A stretch of 63,473 nt of DNA, the filler included, from Olpidium bornovanus S191 (taxonomy: Eukaryota > Fungi > Olpidiomycota), in the NCBI GenBank assembly GCA_017911155.1. It is 29 parts of 29 records of this genome, joined end to end, with 100 filler letters (N's around TTAATTAATTAA, not from the genome) between each part and the next. Parts side by side here need not be neighbours in the genome. Positions count along the whole stretch, not along the records: positions 57,761 to 60,090 come from JAEFCI010008043.1; positions 60,191 to 61,918 come from JAEFCI010006589.1; positions 62,019 to 63,473 come from JAEFCI010012045.1; 26 more parts are not named here. The stretch is one strand, 5' to 3'. The notes under the pieces were generated by a model. The model searched no databases, was not told the DNA's origin, and saw only the letters and a list, made by a program, of their open reading frames with translations. Below are positions 58,359 to 63,473 of this stretch, piece by piece. Made by a program: the position numbers and the translations under genes. The stretch's first letter is position 1; each line of letters starts with the position of its first letter.

Positions 58359-59731
58359 TCAGTGCTTCTTCGTCTTTTTTGGGGATGGCTCCTCCTCCCC
58401 GCTCGTCTGTAGGTCTTCGCTGTCCGCGCCCGCCTCTGACTCCGCGTCATCGCTGAGCATCATCGCTTCATCGTCAGCGACCCCGGCAAAATACCTAAAA
58501 ACGGCGAGAAATGAAAAACCGACGGTGCCCAAAACAGACACCAGTCGTCAATCAACTGCGACGCAAGACACGGCTACCCCTCTTTTGCATCACATCGTGT
58601 TTGATTACCGGAGGGATTTGGGCAACAGGTCGTCTTTGATAATGTCAAACAAGGACGCCTCCTCGGGATCATCGAACTGGAACCACGAGTGGAACAGCCC
58701 ATCGTCAGACGGGTCCGCTTTCCTCTTTCTCCCTTTTATCCAGTCGACGGGGGTGTGCTTTAGTTGGAAGCCGCCTTCCTTCTTCCTGATGACTTCCTTC
58801 TTCAGAGTGGTGTTCGTGAAGTGGGGGTTGCCGTTCTCAAAATGCTGGTCGATTTGCGCGCCGAGAACAAAAGGGCGCTCAGCATGTCACTTCTATCGAC
58901 GTTGAGTGCGCCGCCGCCGATGATCGCGCTGGTGTACGTACAAAACTGATCGCCGTCGACGAACCGTCGTCGTTCTCTTCCAGAGACACGTCGGTCACCT
59001 TTCCGAGGATGTCGATATCGTCCGCGTCTAGGGCTTGCATCACGTCAGGGTGGCTCTCGAACTTGCATTTGTTTCAGGCGGCAAGATAAACGGAAAACGT
59101 TACATCCTTGAAAAGATGAGGGATCCCCTTGGCTTCCTCTTCCCCAGAACGATAAGCGAGCAGTTCGGCGCCAGCCCATGCGCGCGACCGGCTGACGCTT
59201 CGGTCGATGTTCGCAACCCGGCGAGCACCAAACTCACCACTTGCTTCCAGAACCCCGGGATGGACTTCACCAGCTCGCGCTGCTTCTTATATATCGGCAG
59301 CCGCACTTTTTGGTACTTCCTTAAAAGGGCCGCCTGCTCCGTTTCGAGCTCCTCGTCCACCTTCTCGAACTTCGCACGGAAACAAGTCGGACATTTTTTT
59401 TTTTTTTTTTTTTTTGTATCAGCCTCATTTGTCGATTGACATCCGTGTCTGACCTCCGCTTTTTTCGAGCGCCGGGGTGTTTGCCAAAAACGCGCTGCAC
59501 CACTGAAGGCGCCGTGAGAATCGAAGCCGCGAAGATATCCCTCGCCGCGGCCTACGAGCGGGCCGTCGGGGATGGTTTCCCCGGTGCCGTGAGGGCGCCA
59601 AGGCGCTCCTGGAGAACAGCGCGTTCTCAGTGTGCGTGGACGTATCGGCGCACCTCCTTGAAGAGAGCTTCGAAGCTCTTGATTTGGCTCTCGTTGAGAC
59701 CGTCGACGGAGCCGAAAATTGAGTCGGACAT
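58359..59731 (-). CDS. NAP-family histone chaperone (SET/TAF-I/Vps75-like), spliced, apparently complete
   Basis: MSDSIFGSV...|FEKVDEELE...PIYKKQRELVKSIPGFWKQV|FESHP...|HFENGNPHFTNTTLKKE...VDW...LFHSWF...IIKDDLLP...|YFAG, then an acidic tail and NLS-like KKTKKH*. Confidence 0.87.
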
Positions 59732-61457
59732 GGCTGCTTTTGCGGTGCGATTTCAGTGAGCCCGCTTTCGTCTCTTCCCCAGTCCAACTCGCTCGGGTGG
59801 TTCACACGGACAACAGCTTTTGCATCAAATCTGCCCGCACTTTGTTAGTCTCTAGCCTACTTCGCCCTCGTCCCCTAGAACGTTCGAGAGCATTGCCACA
59901 GGGCGCATCATCGCCAGAAACCGTCAAGCTGCCGGAAGAAATGGCGGTTTTCCTTACCTGTTTGCATCCCATGGTGGCATCGCACGCCTTCAATCTCACG
60001 TAGACTTCCGCCAGAAATTGCGACTTTCGTAGTTGTCCTTGAACTCCGGCCATCTTCGGGTATCTTGCTGCCGGATTGGTATCATCTTCANNNNNNNNNN
60101 NNNNNNNNNNNNNNNNNNNNNNNNNNNNNNNNNNTTAATTAATTAANNNNNNNNNNNNNNNNNNNNNNNNNNNNNNNNNNNNNNNNNNNNCAGGATCTTG
60201 GTTGCCAGAGTGCTTAGAGGCAGGCGATGAACGTGGCCGGAGTGGATGAAGCTGACGTGAATATTCCATTCCATTGATGTGCAGATTACTTGAAATTGTA
60301 GAAAGCACATGAATAAGGAATGAATGCCAAGGATCCACACAATCTTCAGGCTGAATAACGTAGAATCTGTAGTCAATGCAAATTATTTGCAAGTACACAA
60401 TTTCAATATAATTTGGAAGTCCAAATAATTTTTGGGGAAACGATGTGTGAAGCCGCCGGCGCCCAGGATGCATGATTTTCGATGGTTTCAGTTTGACAAC
60501 CCATTTTGTAAAATGACGTTCCCGTCGACGGAGCAAGGGCCTTCATGTCATTGAAGGTCTGCGTGTTTGGCTTTTACAAGTGCCTTTCCATTGCGGTGCT
60601 TCTCCGGAGGCAACCGCGTCCGCGAAGGTGCGCCGCTGCAAGAAAATGACTTCAACGGCGTCCGAACTTTGCTCGACGCATGCGACGGCGACACTGGCAC
60701 CGATTGCCGCGATCATATCCGCCGCGAGGGCAGGTTAGTTATTACTGTGTGCAATGGTGGAGAATCTCAGGCAGTTATTGACAGCGACGCGAGTGTGATG
60801 TGCTGGCGAGGCGGCCCCTCCGCGGTGCACCAGGCAATGGTTTCTCCCCCAAAGTGACGTCCTCGCGCCACGCGAGGAACGTGGACAGCAGTTTGCGCGG
60901 CGCACCGGCCGACGAAACCGCGCGAGCCCGTTGGTGCACGCGAGGGACACGGAAGGCAGCGTGGCCAAGGGCGGGCGAGCGAGCAAACCCGCTGAGACTG
61001 CGGTGTTTTGTGGTTTTCCGGACCGCGAGCACGGCGTCCGACGCTGCGGCGCACAGGCGTCCCACCTTGAGCCAGAGTGGGGCGAGGCGGGGAGAGAACA
61101 GGCCGAGATCGGCGCGGTCAGCTTCAACGCGGCAGTCGCAATCGGACGGCCTTCGCCGCCAGACGGGGACTTGTTCATTTCGCTGTCGACAACTGAGCGG
61201 CACCACCCGCGCCTGCACGCCGTGTTCTCGGCCTAAATAAACGATGCCAAAAGACCGCCAAACGAAACACCGCCAGACGAAACTGGTGTTCCAGGTAAAT
61301 TTCCCATTGGTGGGACCCGCCTTGACGCGGTTCCGCGATCACGGCCAAGGCCTTTACCCTTGACTGATACTAAACGCGTGCCCTGCTATTCCTTCAGCCG
61401 CAGAACAAGCTCAGTCAAAAACATCGAGCACCATCTAGCATTGATCATGGGCCGGCC

Positions 61458-61918
61458 TTGCACCACGCCTGGTGGCAGGAGGGGTGCTTCTCTCGAACGT
61501 CCACGGAAGTTCCCTTGGCATGTCCCACTTCCGACTCTCAGCTGTTGAAACGACCTGTCCGAACTACCACCGTGATCCCTCAACAGGGCGGTCCACCGCC
61601 GTATACAGCAGTTGAGGCGCGGCCGAAACCTGAAATGGTCACCGGTGCAGCGGTTGTGCGGACCTCTCTACAAGTCAAGCCGGATGTTCAGTTAGTGTCC
61701 GCGGCCGGGCAAGATCATGGAGTAACGCAGGCATCCGTTGTGCGCACGTCGAATGCGGCAAGCCCCCCCTCCGTTCCTGGAAAGCGCGAGCGCATATCAT
61801 GCTCGCAGCCAGACGCCGTAGGCAGCTCCTCGCTCCGGTCGCTTGTGGCATTCAGCAATGGGCGACAATTCAGCCGAGCTTTTTCGGAGAACAACGTAGT
61901 GCAGATCCAAAACCGCCG
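61458..61918 (+). CDS. Possible exon of an unknown protein (contains PPPY)
   Basis: 460-nt open frame running into the gap; no recognisable domain. Confidence 0.25.
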
Positions 61919-62018
61919 NNNNNNNNNNNNNNNNNNNNNNNNNNNNNNNNNNNNNNNNNNNNTTAATTAATTAANNNNNNNNNNNNNNNNNNNNNNNNNN
62001 NNNNNNNNNNNNNNNNNN

Positions 62019-63266
62019 CACATGATCTCCGGATCGGCCCCGATATCGAAGGACATCCTGCAGTTCCTGCGGATCGCGTTCTGTTGTGAAGTCTTCGAGG
62101 GTTAGTTTTTTGCGTTGCGCGGGTTGTTTTCGTGAACCTTCGCGCTCTACTGGGGGTCATGCTTGACGCGGGCTCTCGCGCAGGCTACGGGCAAACGGAA
62201 AATGCGGTGCGCTTTGTCGTAGCCGACCACGATGGCGCCTTTTTTTTTTTTTGGTCCAAAACTCGGACGGTTTCGATAACGTTCGTCCTCGTAGGCTTAT
62301 GCGGCCATGACTCTTAAAAGAGAGTATATTCCCGGTCACGTTGGAGCCATCTCTCCATGGTACGGAAACTTTCTGCGCGGTCCGTGGTATTAAATATGCT
62401 GCGGAACCTCACTAAACCAGGCTTCCTTGACAGTCTGGAATTCAAGCTGGTTGATGTCCCGGAAATGTCATACCTCTCTACCGATAAGCCCCGCCCTCGA
62501 GGCGAACTGTGTCTCCGAGGGTACAGCGTCTTCAACGGTTACCTGAAAGTGAGGCCTTGGTGGCATGGCGAAGAGCCGGCCAAGTTTATCCCTCCCGATT
62601 TTCTTCCCTCTCTAATTTTCCGTCGTTCGCTTTTATGAACTCCGCCAGGACCCCAAGAGGACGGCAGAGGCCATCGACCCCGAGGGATGGCTGCACACGG
62701 GTGACATCGCCGAGGTCTGCGAGCGCGGGACGCTCACCATCATCGATCGCAAAAAGAACATATTCAAGCTCGCGCAGGGCGAGTACGTGGCACCCGAAAA
62801 GATCGAAGGAGTGCTGCAGCTGTGTCCCCTGGTCGCCCAGGTTTTCGTCCATGGCGACTCGCTGCGGGACACCCTCGTGGCCGTCGTCGTTCCCGAGCCG
62901 GAATCGTTCGCCGCCTGGGCCGCGGGCGTTGACAGCGCCTCGGGGAGACGCCACCGAGCGACTGCGGACGTCGCCAGGGACCCGGTCGTCCGCAAGGCGC
63001 TGCTCAAGAAACTCGACGAAGCCTGCGTCGCCCAGAAGCTCCGAGGGTACGCGCGGGCGCCCGCAGCAGAGACGTCGGGCGCGGGAAGCGTCTCGTTTCG
63101 CCCGGCGCAACTCGCAAAACTCCCGGCTCACCGCCTCTTGTTTTTTTTTTCTTTTTTTTTTTGTTCCCCCCACGGCGCGCGCGTGGGGGGAGGTAGGTTT
63201 GAGTTCGTGAAGCACGTCTATATCGAGCTTGTGCCGTTTTCCGTGGAAAATTTCCTCACCCCCACG
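62019..63266 (+). CDS. Long-chain fatty acyl-CoA synthetase (AMP-binding), internal multi-exon fragment
   Basis: MISGSAPIS...|GYGQTENA|...GHVG...|[13 protein letters not shown]...PRGELCLRG...GYLK|...GWLHTGDIA...[23 protein letters not shown]...|[10 protein letters not shown]...[10 protein letters not shown]. Confidence 0.93.
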
Positions 63267-63301
63267 GTGAGCCCCTCGTCGTAGCACCCGAATTTTTTTT
63301 T

Positions 63302-63350
<49 letters not shown>

Positions 63351-63473
63351 CTCTTTTTTTTTTTTTTTCCTCTCTCTCTGCTCTCTCTTCTTCTTCCGCC
63401 GCGCGCGCTCGCTCGCAACCGCACTACACTCGGCGCCCACGGGGAAAAATAGCCCCGAGGAGAGAACACCCCG

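Larger units (their letters stand above)
3093..62018. other. 28 artificial contig-joining spacers (44 N + TTAATTAATTAA + 44 N, 100 bp each) starting at 3093, 4774, 6127, 9895, 11664, 13489, 15160, 17376, 19327, 20711, 22857, 24178, 25621, 27486, 29844, 33941, 37038, 40650, 42239, 45651, 47528, 49101, 50385, 51988, 56047, 57661, 60091, 61919
   Basis: Every gap has the same length and the same central 12-mer, which gives TAA stops in all six frames. This is a standard concatenation linker. Confidence 0.98.

Noticed and set aside
7089-63266. Co-location of Sec16, BiP, Sin3, PAQR, GT77, LACS and others as a gene cluster or system
   Set aside because: Each lies on a separate contig joined by artificial spacers, so adjacency carries no biological information.
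1-63473. rRNA, tRNA or telomeric repeats
   Set aside because: No conserved rRNA segments, cloverleaf/T-loop signatures or telomere-type arrays were recognised by eye. A tRNAscan-SE or Infernal run would be needed to exclude them formally.

Overview
This window is not contiguous genome. It is 29 short contigs (about 1.2-4 kb each) joined by 28 identical 100-bp artificial spacers (44 N + TTAATTAATTAA + 44 N), so gene order across spacers is meaningless. The DNA is mostly GC-rich, intron-rich eukaryotic sequence with many long A/T and G/C homopolymers. Its gene content is fungal-type, most consistent with an early-diverging, possibly zoosporic fungus (Olpidium-like is a guess to check). Recognisable genes, mostly partial and spliced: SEC16, RPB9, a WD40 protein missed by the ORF track, an Rlm1/MEF2-type C-terminus, a PAQR/Izh protein, an RRM protein, a GT77-like glycosyltransferase, RSM27/mS33, SIN3, an ATF2/Atf1-type bZIP, PHO13, BiP/KAR2, a NAP/SET histone chaperone and a long-chain acyl-CoA synthetase. 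There are three decayed transposon remnants (Tc1/mariner-like DDE, PIF/Harbinger, Ty1/copia). One 373-bp Bacteroidota tatA-gatA fragment is bounded exactly by CATG sites, and 19 of 56 gap-flanking contig ends lie within 2 nt of CATG. That points to an NlaIII-type library and makes the bacterial piece a likely ligation chimera rather than HGT. I saw no rRNA, tRNA or CRISPR array, and I cannot support a complete novel multi-gene system here. The best biological leads are a candidate -1 frameshift site in the DDE transposase, a LOTUS/OST-HTH-like exon, an intronless orphan membrane ORF, a divergent BiP, a possible WDFY3/ALFY-like N-terminus, an LTR-like segment with TATA boxes upstream of PHO13, and recurrent AAG splice acceptors.
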